From NCBI GenBank assembly GCA_951406725.2, contig OX597826.1:72044001-72108000 (forward strand): a stretch of DNA of 64,000 bases, given 5' to 3'. This stretch comes from Octopus vulgaris (lineage: Eukaryota). Shown one piece after another: positions 41,176-54,601 of this stretch. A program made the position numbers and the translations under genes. A model generated the notes under the pieces. The model saw only the letters and a list, made by a program, of their open reading frames with translations. It was not told the DNA's origin and did no database searches. Positions within the stretch are counted from its first letter, which is position 1; every line of letters begins with the position of its first letter.

Positions 41176-41215
41176 AAAAGCCGTACAGCTATAGAAAGGT
41201 GTACATGTATATTAC

Positions 41216-41292
<77 letters not shown>

Positions 41293-42170
41293 TTAGAGGT
41301 ATATGGGTTTTGTGCGTGTTTATTTGGCAACAGTTTAGAGCGAAAGTGTACGGAGAAAGGTGACACGTTCCGTGGTGTCAAGCGCTTTTTTGGAGGTCCT
41401 CCCTGGCTTAAGGTGACACTGTTACGTCTGTGTGGTGAATGTCGAATGTGGAATTGAGAGGAAACAATGATGACAAGATATAAAGATTAAAAAAAAAGAT
41501 GATGATATAACCAACGAGGAGTACAGTAGTTCAATGTGCAAGAAAGATAATAATAATAATAGTTGTAATTATTATTATTATTATTATTATTAGTGTTATT
41601 GTCCGAGTGGTTATGGAGTGGTGCTGAGTATTGCAATGTGACGTAGTTTAAGGTTTGTGTTCAATGGATTAGGGTATTTATGAGTGGTGCGGAAGTAGGG
41701 ACAGGAGATTAAGGGAATCGATAGTGGTGGTGATGGTAGTGGTGGTGGTGGTGGTGTGCTGGTGTTGGTTGTAGTACGGCAGTGGTGATTGCGTGGTAGT
41801 GGTGGTACTGTTATTATTGTTGTTGAGGTTTTTGGAGTGTGTGGTAACGTCGGTCAGGGTGGTATGATGCTGACGTAGTATAGTATAGTATAATAAGCGT
41901 GGAGTAGTAAAAGTGGTGAGGTTGAGAGTTCAGTAGTAGTAGTAGTAGTAGTTGCTGTTGCGGTAGTAGTACTTGTTAGTTTGCTGCTGCTGTTGTAGTT
42001 GTTGTTGTTGTTGTTGTTACGGTGGTGGTGGTGGTGGTGGTGATGATAGTGGTTTCCTTGCCTGTACTGAAAAGGTACGCGTCTCCCGCCACAGCTCCGC
42101 CAAAAGATCTGCGCTTCGTCTGTGACGACAACAGATCGCGCTCTGGCTACAGACAAACGTGGGGAGAAAG
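39327..42170 (-). promoter_or_regulatory. Candidate 5' region (5'UTR and start-codon exon) of an unidentified minus-strand gene
   Basis: No recognisable TE; CpGs retained; minus strand CCAACA-ATG-G|GTAGGT at 39330-39321; long pyrimidine tract upstream. Confidence 0.4.
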
Positions 42171-43400
42171 AGGTGTTGGTGGGGAGAGAGAAAAACGAAA
42201 GACTGAGGTAGTGAGAGACAGGGAGAGAGAGAGTATTGTGTAGGAGGGAGAGAGAGAAATGTGTATTAGAGAAAGATAGGGAGGACGGGGGAGAGAGAGA
42301 GAGAAAAGGGCAAAAGTAGATATGAGAGTGAAAGTGATAGATACAGAGGGGTGAGAGAGAAATAGTGGTAGAAATAGAGTGAGGGAGAGAAAGAAATAGA
42401 GAAAAATGAGGGATACTGAGACAGAGAAGGAGAGAGAGAAAGAGAGATGTCGAGAGAAGGAGAGAGAAAGAGAGATGTCGAGAGAAAGAGAGATGTCGAG
42501 AGAAAGAGAGATGTCGAGAGGAGAGAGAGAAAGACACCGAGGGAAATACCGAGAAGAGAGAGAGAAACAGGGATACCGGGAGACAGGGTAAGAGAAAAAA
42601 TAGATATCGAGAGGAGAGAGAAAGAAAGGCACCGAGAGGAAGAAAGAGGGACAAAGAGGAGAAAGAGAGATGCTGAGAGGGGGAGAGACAAAGAAAAAGA
42701 GAGAAAGAAGGATTGTGTTGTATGATAATATAGAGAGAGACAAAAGAAAAAGAGGGAGTGAAGGAAGTAAAGGTGAAAGGAATAGACACAGTGGATCATT
42801 CGATGCAGAGAGTAAGGAGAGAAAGAGAGAATGGTTAGAGAGAGAGGGGGAGAAAGAGAAAGAGAAACAAAAGAAGAGTGGGTGAGAAGAAAGACAAAGA
42901 GAAAATAGGAAAGATCCTTTTTTGTGGAGAGAGATAAAGAGTGTGAGGGGGAGGAATGAAAAAAAAGAAAGATTCAAGGAGAGATTCAAGGAAAAACCTA
43001 GGAAAAATAGAGAGTGGTAGTATAAAAAAGGAAGGAAATATTAAGAGAGACAAAAATGAAGAAAAGGGGAAGAAAATATACTATAAGCAGTAGTCTACTG
43101 CAAAGAGAGATAGATAGATAGATAGATGAATAGAGAGAGAAGGGCAGAAAGAAAGTGAACGATTTACAGTCGTCTGCTGATTGCAGGGAGAGAGAGAGGG
43201 GGGGGAGAAGGGTCAGTTATCGGTCGTCTGCTACTGAAGGAGAGAGACTTTGGGGGTGGGAGAGAGAGAGGCAGACAGATAGACAAAGAGAAAAGAAAGA
43301 GAAAGGCAGAAAGGTAATAGAGAAGGAGATAGAAGGAGACAGAATGGTGAAGGATATGGAAGAGAAAGACAGAGAGATGTTCTACAGTTGTCTGCTATGA
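42170..43400. repeat. ~1.2-kb purine-rich (GA) low-complexity tract
   Basis: Strong A/G strand bias; includes an AGAGAGATGTCG motif three times at 18-bp spacing (~42470-42515). Confidence 0.9.
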
Positions 43401-43739
43401 AGAAACACATCCATACTCTTTCTCTTCTTCCTTTCCTTTCTTCTTTTTCAGTTTCCTTCTCTCTCTTTCATTCTTTTATGCTTTTCTCTTTCACTTCTTC
43501 CCATTGTCTCCATCACATAATATTCTCTCTCTCTCTCTCTCTCTCTCAAATATCTTTCTTTCCCATGTATGTGTATCTATCTATCTATCTATCTATTTGT
43601 CTATCTATCAATCTATCCATCTATCTATCTTTCTGTCTATTTGTCTATCTATCAATCTATCCATCTATCTATCTTTCTGTCTATTATGTATCATTTATAA
43701 ATTGATGCAATTAGATGGAAATCTTGAAGAATTATGGGT

Positions 43740-45220
43740 CAGTATAGTATGGGAACACACAGGGAGAGTGTAAAATAAGAATACATGGGGGTTGTTGCAC
43801 AGGGATAGTACAAGTGGGAAGCGTAGTATGGGAGAGCACATGAGGGAAGATAGTAGGAATAGATGGGAGGAAATTCTTTTAGAGGTGGTATAGTGTGATA
43901 ATACATAGGAAGGAAGGATAGTATAGCATCATTAGGGTGGTGGGAAAGAGGGGTAGTTTGGCTCAGGCAATGCTTATATGGGAACAGAACCTTTTTGGGT
44001 CTGCTGAATAAGCCTATATAGGTGTGGGGGTCATGGAAGGGTGCAATCTCAAGGGCTGCCCCAGGCGGCACACACTCAAGTATAGGTTTGGCAGAAACGT
44101 TAGCACACCGGGCGAAATGCTTAGTGGTATTTCGTCTGCTGCTACGTTCTGAGTTCAAATTCCGCCGAAGTCGACTTTGCCATTCATCCTTTCGGGGTCG
44201 TTTAAATAAGTACCAGTTACGCACTGGAATCGATATAATCGACTTAATCCGTTTCTCTGTCCTTGTTTGTCCTCTCTGTGTTTAGCCCCTTGTGGGTAGT
44301 AAAGAAATAGGTATTTCGTCTGCCGTTACGTTCTGAGTTCAAATTCCGCCAAGGTGGACTTTGCCTTTCATCCTTTCAGGATCGTTTAAATAAGTACCAG
44401 TTACGCACTGGGGTCGATATAATCGACTTAATCCATTTGTCTGTCCTTGTTTACCCCCTCTGTGTTTAGACCCTTGTGGGTAGTAAAGAAATAGGTTTAC
44501 ATGAAAGAGAAGTGTGGTATGGGATTAAATGGGAGGGCAGCGCAATGTGGGGAATACATTGGAAAGGAGTGTTGTGTGGGGATACGTGGGAGGGGAGGGG
44601 AATATGGGAACACATGGGAAGGGACAGGAACGTAGTGTGGGAATACATGGGAAGGAAAGGGAAGTGTGGGAAACATGTGGAAGGGAAATGAGTAGTGTGG
44701 GAATATACGGGAAGGGAATGAGAATGTGGGAATACATGGAAAAGGAGTGTAGTGTAGGAATACATGGGGAAGGAGAGTAGTGTGGGAATATGTGGAAAGG
44801 GGGAGGGGGAATGTGTAGGATGGTAATACATAAGAGGGATGTTTAGTGTGGGAAATGTGGGAGGGCAATGAATGTGGCAATACAAGGGACAGGAATGTTA
44901 TGTGGGGATATATCCTTTTCTACTCTAGGCACAAGGCCCGAAATTTTAGCGGAGGAGACCAGTCGATTAGATCGACCCCTGTACGCAACTGTTACTTAAT
45001 TTATCGACCCTGAAAGGATGAAAGGCAAAGTCGACCTCGGCGGAATTTGAACTTCAGAATGCAGCGGCAGACAAAATACCGCTAAGAATTTCACCCATGT
45101 GAGTATACATGGAAGTGTGGGTACACATGGAAAGGATGTATAGCATAGAATAAGGGAAATATATATGACAAAGGAATGTAGTGTAGGATTGATTACAAGA
45201 GGGAAATGGAGTGTAGGAAT
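43740..45220. repeat. Old degenerate G-rich ~25-27-bp minisatellite (TGTGGGAATACATGGRARGGRAGTGTAG), interrupted by SINEs
   Basis: Recurrent GTGTGGGAAYACATGG motif, clearest at 44545-44910. Confidence 0.75.
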
Positions 45221-45748
45221 TTTTTTTGTTATTTAATCAGGGAGGAAAGGGCAGTACCAATATTGCTTTTTTTCTTTTCAAGACCTCTGTAACTGGTGGG
45301 AGAAAAAGGAGGAAATTGTTCTTAAACTGGAAATATGACACAAATGCTTACAAAGGAGTTAAACTTTGCTAAAGATATTCAAGGACCAAACAGCAGTGTT
45401 AAACTGAGGGGTAGATTTAGGCTATGAACCAAGAACTCAGAATATGAACATCTGGAATAAATACACAAGACACCTCCTTTGACACTCTAACTCTTTGGCC
45501 AGTGAACCCAGGGATGTTTTAATATTTATAGGACCCCTAGCAAAGTTATGCACCAGGACCTATGCTGTTTAAGCCCTTTTCTCCCTTTGGATCAGAGACC
45601 ATCTACAACTTTTCTACCCTGTTTTTGACTCTGAGTCAGTGCTGGATTAACCATTAAGTAAAATAAGCATGTGCCTAGGGTATCAAGGGAAGTAGAGCAG
45701 CACAGAATTGGTAATTGGCACAAAGAAGCCATTTTAAACTTGCTAAAA

Positions 45749-46140
45749 TCTCTCTATATATAAAGCTGAGGTTGTCTGTGTGTGGCAGGTTTGGTAGCCT
45801 TCAACTAACACTATCTCCTCCGAGACCCTGCAGCACAAGTTGACCAAAATTGGGAGTATGATAGAAGAAGGCTTACTCTTCCTTCCGTAGAAGAAAAAAT
45901 TCAAATTGGACCATGTTAACACAAAAAATTATTTACATAAAAAAAGGTACTTTTTTTCTATGAAAATCCATATTTTTTACGATTTTTGACTGCTGTGTCA
46001 CCATTTTCCAGTGTATTTCAACCAGAAAAATGTTCGCTTAAAGAGAACAACAAGCTACATAATGCAAAATTTTTACTTTTCAAAAATTCCAATTCTAAAG
46101 GGTCAAAACAAATCCGAGCAACGCCGGGTGATACTGATCA
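45749..46140 (+). mobile_element. Non-autonomous Helitron
   Basis: A|TC-TCTCTATATATAAAG 5' end; sub-terminal hairpin CCGAGCAACGCCGGG (46114-46128); the CTRR end is degenerate. Confidence 0.65.
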
Positions 46141-46720
46141 TAAGGTTATAGTTTCGATTCCTGGACTAGGCGACACATTGTGTTCTTGAGCAAAACACTC
46201 CATTTTACGTTGCTCAAGTCCACTCAGCTGGCCAAAATGAGTAATCCTGCAACAGACCAGTGTCCTGTCCAGGTGGAGAATACTGATGCCATGGAGACTG
46301 GAAAACTGGCCCTTATGAGCCAGTATGACTCAAGAAGGTAACCTGTGCTTCCTAGGGAGCAAAGGCCATCAACAACTTTTCTCCATTGTTCTCGACTCTG
46401 TGTCTTTCCTACTCCTCCCCTGTTGGATCCCTGTTTTTTCAGTTCTGACTCAGTACCCTATTTTATATGATACCCTGAGAGAAGGCCTTCCTCTCTTACG
46501 CAAGACGCAACGAAAATTTTAGGAAAATAAAAATAAGAAAAAGGTGGAAATTTTACCAGTGAGTGTGTTACATTATAAGGCACAGAAAGAAAATCACTCT
46601 CCCCAGACACAACAGAATATGCTTCAACACACGAACTCACATAAAGAATCTTGCAAACCAAATCCAAAAACGAAACTCTTTATTAATGTTTTATAATAGT
46701 TTTCAAACATTTACCACTTG

Positions 46721-47175
46721 GGATCTTTTCGGTTTGACCGGCAGTGTTTTCTAGCAGTGTCATATGAAATTGTCACCCATAATTATGACCCTAGTATCGA
46801 TCTATTGCATTTCAATCTGTTTTAGGGTTAGGGTTAGAGTTAGGGTTAGTTAGGGTTAGTTAAGGTTAGGGTTAGGGGTGGGGGGAAGGGTATCTTTTTT
46901 TCTTCAGAAATGTAAATAAACCCAATCTGTTTCTTAAATGAGGGTCATATTCATACGGCACAGAATGTTTTCACCTCAATAGACGTCATTGATTGGTTGA
47001 AATTGCAGAAACTGAAGAAAAGAAACAACAAATATCTTACAAACTATAGAATTTTCTCAATAAACCCAAGAGAAGAAGATGTTTTATAAACACATTCTAC
47101 CAGTATACGAAGTTTAAAAGTGTTTAGTTACATGGAAATTATTTTTTAAATCTACCGGTCAAACCGAAAAGATCC
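46721..47175. mobile_element. MITE with perfect 21-bp TIRs and internal TTAGGG repeats
   Basis: GGATCTTTTCGGTTTGACCGG/CCGGTCAAACCGAAAAGATCC; flanks accacttg/accccttg (7/8 match); TTAGGG-like run at 46822-46877. Confidence 0.88.
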
Positions 47176-48233
47176 ACCCCTTGTGTTACAATGATTTCCT
47201 TTATTTTGGTCTCTAATATAATCAAATGACCAACTGACCAGTGGCTTCCATATTGTCCTTAATCCTATGCAGTTGTCGGCCCTCCTTTAGATTTCTGAAT
47301 CACCAGGAATTTTTTGTTCTGAAATGATCTTAACTCCATTATAAGTTAATTAAATGTTTAATTGCCTAATATATGGATTATAAAATATAAATATAGATAC
47401 TTCTTACGGAGAGCATCAGTGCACTGTTAGAGATTTTTAAGCACCAGATAGTAACATTTATAACTATTTTTTTTTTAAATTCAATAACAATAAAATAAAA
47501 TGAAACATAAAAATAAATAAAATAAATTATATAAAATAAATAAAATAAAATAAAATAACTTCGAAACAAAACAAACAAAAAAAAATCACTGCTTTCTTTT
47601 GTAAATAAATTGGTTGTTTTCCAGCTCAGCAACAAAATACGTAATTTCTCTCCAAATCTTGTATTTGATAGTATTTTTGGCAGTATTAATATACGGAAAA
47701 TTGTAACACACAGAAAATAGAAAATCAAATCTACATGCTGGAAAAATCTAAGGGAAATGCAAAAATTGCATATTTAAAAACAGAAATAGTTTTTTTTTTG
47801 CATCCATTTTTTAATTATTTTTATTTCATGCATGTATGGTTAAGATGGTTCTTTTGTTGGCACAATTGTTTTCGCGGTTGATTGCCCTTCCTGTCACTGA
47901 ATACTGCTCAACTGTGAATTAAGGAGTGTAACCTGTTTTTCCTCACTCAGGCAAAATAGAGATAACAAGTTGATGTTTTAATTTACATTTCTTTTTATAT
48001 TTATTTTTAGGTCAGATCAACTCTTTTCTTTTGTTTGTTTTCTTTTTTTTTTCTTTTGTTTTTTTTTCATATATCACTCCCACCACCACCACCATCACTA
48101 CCAACATGGTAGTTGCCACCATCATCACCACTACCAACAACAACAATATCAACTACAACATTATCATCATAATAATCACGATCCTCCTCTCCTTCTCCTC
48201 CTCCTCCTCCTCCTCCTCATCATCATCATCATC

Positions 48234-48265
<32 letters not shown>

Positions 48266-49065
48266 CATCCTCATCATCATCATCATCATCAACATCTCCC
48301 TCTTCACTATTTCAATAGCGGCTTTTGTTCGTATCAGCCTAGATTGGACAGGTTTTCAACATTTCATATTTCCATATCAATAATCTACCATTTCGTTTGT
48401 TTAGCATTCAGTATTCCAAGAGATCTCACCTCAAACACACAGTACCCTTTCACCCAGCACTCGTTAACCATTTTTATCTCAAAATCATAATTTTCGGAAA
48501 GATATTCACCATTGTCCATGCCTCCATCCAAGTTCCCCACATTCACTTCGATCCTCATCTCTGTTGTTTGTCCCTCTCTTTTCACATTCTCACAAACCTT
48601 CCAACCCACCAAGCCCCTATTCTCACTCTATCCACCTTCCAGTACCCTGAGAATACACACTGAAACCTCATTTGCACCATCCTTTCCTTGCTGAGGAATT
48701 CACGTATCTCCTCTACAGAGAGACAAATGTTCCTGTCCCCTTATCATGCCTTAGCCTTTCAGCACCTGGCACATTTCCGCTCCCAATTTTGCTGCCACAC
48801 TCCATCAAGGGGTTTTGTCTTGCAAGTTACATGGCAACCTCATTGGTGTTGGTGCCACAGAAAAATAGCACCAAGTACATTCTGTTAAGTGGTTGGCATT
48901 AGGAAGGGCATCTAAGCAAAACAGACATTGGGGCCCAACACAGTCCTTAAACTAGTTGGTTCCTGTTGAATCATCCAATCCATGCCAGCATGGAATACAG
49001 ACTTTAAATACTGCTGCCGCTGTGCCTGCCACTGTGCCTGCTGCTGCTGCAGCTGCTACTGATGG

Positions 49066-49128
<63 letters not shown>

Positions 49129-49829
49129 GGATCTAGTGCCAAGCCAAGAGTGCCTTTAGCAAAGCCCACTTTGTTGTAAGCATTCAAGCCAGGTCTTCAG
49201 ATTGGGGATAACTTCTTCCCTCCCTCCCTCCCTCTTTCCTGCTTACCAATCTTGGAAAAGGTCATTGGAAAGGTCATGGGGGCACCACCTTTTCTCAAGA
49301 CTAAAAAGATTAAAAACCATACATTCCACATTTCTCTCCACCCCCTCCCCCCATTCCACAGAACCCCTACTTTCAGTATCTATGTCCCATTACCATGTAG
49401 CTTCACACTTCTCAAATATATTTCCAGACAGTTTCACTCTTCACATGAACAAAGAAAACCCCTTAATTACCAACAGATGTAGAAGCTTTCAGGACTTTCC
49501 CAATCTGTCTTTTCTGTGGTTGCAAATTCTGGCAGAGAGACACCAGCTTTTGAGGGGAAGGGGAAGTTGATTACATCAGCCCCCAGTATTTTACTGGTAC
49601 TTACTTTATCAACTCTGAAAGGATGAAAGGCAAAGTGAACATCAATGGATGTTCAACGCAGGACAAAGAGATGGACAAAATGCTGTTATGCATTTTGTCC
49701 AGCATGCAAAATGGCGCTTGGCAGCTTGTCACCTTACGCTGACCAAATTAATAAGATTACATTTCTACTGCCAACACTCTCAGACCCTTTGACCCTGGAT
49801 AAATTTCTATTGCATGAGATAATTTTTAC

Positions 49830-50226
49830 CAATGCACACACATGCATATTTGCACATGCATATGTGCACACATAAACATACACACACACATACACACACA
49901 TGCATGTGCATGCACATACACACACACACATGCACATATGCGCATACACGTGCATGCATATGCATGCACATATACACACATATGCATGCACATGCACACG
50001 CACCCACATACACATGCATGCACATGCACACATACACAAACACATGCACAAACACATACACACTCAAACATACGCACACACACATGCACACACACACATG
50101 CACACACACTCACACATGCACACACACAAACACATGCACACACATACATATACACACTCAAACATACACACGCATGCATACACACACATGTACACACACA
50201 CGTACACACACACAGACACATGCACA
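49830..50226. repeat. Mixed CA/TGCA alternating purine-pyrimidine tract
   Basis: Directly visible. Confidence 0.92.
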
Positions 50227-51295
50227 GATGATGTGTTGGGGTCAGCTGTAGTCTAGTGAATCGAATATACTGAATATTTTCTGCAGACCAGCAGTGGGAT
50301 AAAATGCAGTGTCAAAGCCGACTGGCAGGATGTCAATTTGGTCATTAATCAAAGAGATTAATTACTGTGACACCCTCACAGACCTGATAAAACAGAGTGA
50401 CCATAAATTCTGGACGAATGAATGCTCAAGTTGACCGAAATATGGAATTACTGCACTGGTGTCATGTGAATTTCACAAAGGACATTGAACTTTGCACCAC
50501 AAATGATGAAAACTATGTTGAAAATGGTTTTCATTTCTGTAGTTAACTCTCTAGTGACACTCAGGCCTGTTGATTGGTCCAAGTGATTCAAGCTGAAAGG
50601 ACTTTGAGGTGAATCCATCGGTCCAATGAAACAAACGTTTTGAAGGATAATTATTTCTTTACTGCCCACAAGGGGCTACACACAGAGGAGACAAACAAGG
50701 ACAGACAAACGGATTAAGTCGATTAGATCGACCCCAGTGCGTAACTGGTACTTAATTTATCGACCCTGAAAGGATGAAAGGCAAAGTCGACCTCGGCGGA
50801 ATTTGAACTCAGAACGTAACACAGGCGAAATACCACTAAGCATTTCGCCCAGCGTGCTAATGTTTCTGCCAGCTCGCTGCCTTAAACTTTTTGAAGTGTA
50901 ATAGCCTACCAGAGATTGTCTTTCATCATCATCATCATCCAGTGTTTTAACTCTGTGTTTTGTCCCCGTTAACAGGGGTGGCTGGAACTATCTCAATGCC
51001 ATAGCAACCGAGGTAGGCAGGTGCAGCTCACCCCAACCTTTCGGCTGACTGGTGCCCTTTCTCCTTTGCTATCATGAGGCATTTTCGAGCTGGATGTTCT
51101 ATGGGGAGCATACCCTTGCTTACCCTCAACCCCAGTTTCTAGATATGAGTGGTTTGGAGACCAAGGCCTCTACCATGATTTTTAAGAAATGTGGTGGAAA
51201 ACTAGTTCAGGAAGGCAGGGGCGCTACTCCCTGGGACCCCTTTCAGGACCCCCACCACCATTCAGTCGATAAAATATAAAACTATATAATATATA

Positions 51296-51586
51296 CAGTG
51301 GTGGACCAGCCAGGTTGCCAGCTTACCCGATGGCAAGTGGGCCCCTGCGCCATTAGAATCCATATATGGAGGCCCATGTTAGTATCTAAGGGGCCCATCT
51401 CCTCAAGTTTGAGGATTTTTTATTCACTCCTGGAAGAATGCATTAATTATTTCAGCATGGCTGTGTTTGAAGACAGTTGAAAAGAATAATTTTAACAAAA
51501 AATAAAATTAAATGATAGCTTTGTAGTTGAGGGTGGGCCCTCTTAGTCTCCTGACTACCAATATATTTACACCCAGTCCACCACTG
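51296..51586. mobile_element. hAT-type MITE, 291 bp
   Basis: TIR CAGTGGTGGAC/GTCCACCACTG; perfect 8-bp TSD AATATATA. Confidence 0.88.
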
Positions 51587-54115
51587 AATATATATAGTTT
51601 TACATACTAATAAAGTAGTTTTAGGCACTTTATCCTTTGTTTTCTACGTTCACCTTTCAATTTCAATCTCAACAGAAAAAAAAAACTTTGGTCTTTTTGG
51701 CTACGCATACCAAAACACTGTGTTTCAAAAAGGTTAAATAAAATTAGTAAAGGCACATGGCTTAGTGGTTAAGGTAGCTGGATCACAATCATAAGGTAGT
51801 GAGTTCAATTTCCAGCTGTGTGTTGTGTCTTTCAACAAGAAACTTTATTTCACATTGCTCCAGTCCACTCAGCTGGCAAAACTGATTAGCACCTCTATTT
51901 CAAAGGGCCAACCATGTCACATTCTTATTTATTTATTGCCCACAAGGGGCTAAATATAGAGAGAACAAACAAGAACAAAGGGATTAAGTCGATTACATTG
52001 ACCCCAGTGTGCAACTGGTACTCAATTTATCAACCCCGAAAGGATGAAAGGCAAAGTCGACCTCGGCAGAATTTGAACCCAGAATGTAATGGCAGACGAA
52101 ATACCGCTAAGCATTTCGCCTGGCATGCTAACGTTTCTGCCAGCTTGCCACCAAGTTAATTTCACAGGCTGGCTGTTCCATTGATCGTATCAGCTGGAAC
52201 ACTCATTATTCTAACCAACAAGATACCAGTTAAATAAGATTATTGAAAATATCCATTTTTGCCTCTATCTCGACGCTTTTCCGTGACCTTGTAATATTAT
52301 AATAAATTATTTTATGATAACAGTAACTCGTGAGCTTGCTAGTTCCTTCTAACGAGCTAGGAAATTAATTAGTTCATAGACCTCATTTTAAGACCATCCA
52401 CTACATCTCTTTCTCAAATCCATTTTTAATTGTTAAAACAGTATTAACTTGTATAATGTAGAGAGCATTATAAAGCTAACTGGAAATATATTATATGTAG
52501 TAAAGAAAATCTATACTAGTGAATAACTAATGTTTTTTTAATTTCTCCTGTAAATATGGAAGATAGCTTCAGAAATATTTGGGTTTATTTTGGTCTCATT
52601 GACAAAGTATAGCTTCCACAGTTCTTCAATACTCCTGAAACAACAATGAAAGAAATATTTTACTGACAAGGTCAGAATAAGAAAGAAATATGTCTGCAGT
52701 TATCTCCCATACTTGCTAGAAAAATTGATGACAAAAGTCATTGACTAATATCATTTACTCTCATTACATATTTCATCTAATTTCTAAACAATTCCTTTGT
52801 TTATTGGTTTTGTCTCTCTGTGCCAGTGGCACATAAAAGGCACCATTCAAGTGTGATTGTTACCAGAGTCGCCTAACTAGCACTTGTGCCCCATGCTAGT
52901 AGGGTGCTAAGAGCACCATCCGAGCGTGATCGTTGCCAGAGCAGCTAACTGGCTTCGTGCCGGTGGCACGTAAAATGCACCATTCAAGCGTGATCGTTAC
53001 CAGCATCGCCTTACTGGCACTTGTGCCAGTGGCACGTGTAAAAACATTTGAGCGAGGTCGTTGCCAGTACCGCCTGACTGGCCCCATGCCGGTGGCACGT
53101 AAAAGCACCCATTACACTCTCGGAGTGGTTGGCATTAGGAAGGGCATCCAGCTGTAGAAACTCTGCCAGATCAAGATTGGTGCCTGGTGTAGCCATCTGG
53201 TTCGCCAGCCTTCAGTCAATTCATCCAACCCATGCTAGCAGGGAAAGTAGACATTAAACGATGATGATGATGATGATATCTTGAATTTGTTTGTTGTCAA
53301 CAACACAACTTCACTTCATATCATTAAACCCATTAACAGCTTACAGAATTAATTCTGAAATAACGTATTTGAATGGCTTTTGGTTGATCACTGATCATCA
53401 ATCAAGTGAAGTGTTAAGACCTCATATCTATAGCTGTTGACTCTTCTTCATATGGCCACATATATCATTAACTCTTCCCCATCATCTGTAAAGTAATGAA
53501 GGCTATATTCTTTTATTCCTAACTAAGCAAGGGGAAAAGACCCCATGGAAGACTACCACTGAGATACAAAGGAACATGAAGTGGAAAGGAATTGATCGTA
53601 ATAGGTGCAAGCATGGCTGTGTGGTAAGAAGCTTACTTCCCAACCATATGGTTGTGGGTTCAATTCCACTTCATGTCACCTTGGGCAAGTGTCTTTTACT
53701 ATAACCTTGGGCCGACCAAAGCCCTGTGAGTGGATTTGGTAAACAGAAACTGAAAGAAGCTCATCATATACATATATATATATATATATATATGCCTTGT
53801 GAGTCGATTTGGTAGACAGAAACTGAAAGAAGCCCATCATATATATATATATACATGTATGTATGTACTTGTGTCTCTGTGTTTGTCCCCCCACCACCAC
53901 CACCATTGCTCAACAACCGATGCTGGTGTGTTTATATCCCCATAACTTAGCAGCTCGGCAAAAGAGACCAATAGAATAGGTACTAGGCTTACAAAGAATA
54001 AGTCATGGGATCAATGTCTTTGACTAAAGGTGGTGCTCCAACATGGCCACAGTCAGATGACTGAAAGTAATAGAAAAGAAAAAGGATAGAAAAGAAAAAG
54101 GAAAGAAAAGATATA

Positions 54116-54152
<37 letters not shown>

Positions 54153-54155
54153 TTA

Positions 54156-54482
54156 TATTAAAATTATAAATTAGGGTATCAACGAGATACCACCATGCTG
54201 AAAATAGCAGCCATGATCTGACTCTAAAACCACTATTTATATATATATGTATTTATCTTTCTTTTCTGTGTGTATTCTACTGATAAGGCAAAGCATTCCT
54301 AAATGCAAAGTCAGAAATCCGGTATCAAGAATTATCCAATAATTTTTTACTAGTTTCATCTTGTCTCTTCGTTTACTCTCCGTGTTGATATATGGAAAAT
54401 TACGGTGGTTTTAGAGTCAGTTCATGGCTGCTATTTTCAGCATGGTGGTATCTCGTAGATACCCTAATTTATAATTTTAATA
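54156..54482. repeat. 78-bp inverted repeat pair (76/78 identical) around a ~170-bp spacer; probably Penelope-like
   Basis: 54156-54233 is the reverse complement of 54405-54482; spacer has CTGATAAGG..GAAA. Confidence 0.8.
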
Positions 54483-54601
54483 ATTATTACCTTTGAAGGT
54501 TATTTTTTCCATGCTGGCCACTTGATAAAATCATTATTTTATTTTAAATTAACAATTTTATCCTTATTTATATAAATTATATATATATATATATATATAT
54601 A

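Noticed and set aside
41854-42989. 311-aa and 280-aa Leu/Ser/Phe-rich ORFs
   Set aside because: Arise from the CT-rich strand of the GA tract; no recognisable domain
46822-46877. Telomere or chromosome-fusion scar
   Set aside because: Short, degenerate and enclosed within MITE TIRs
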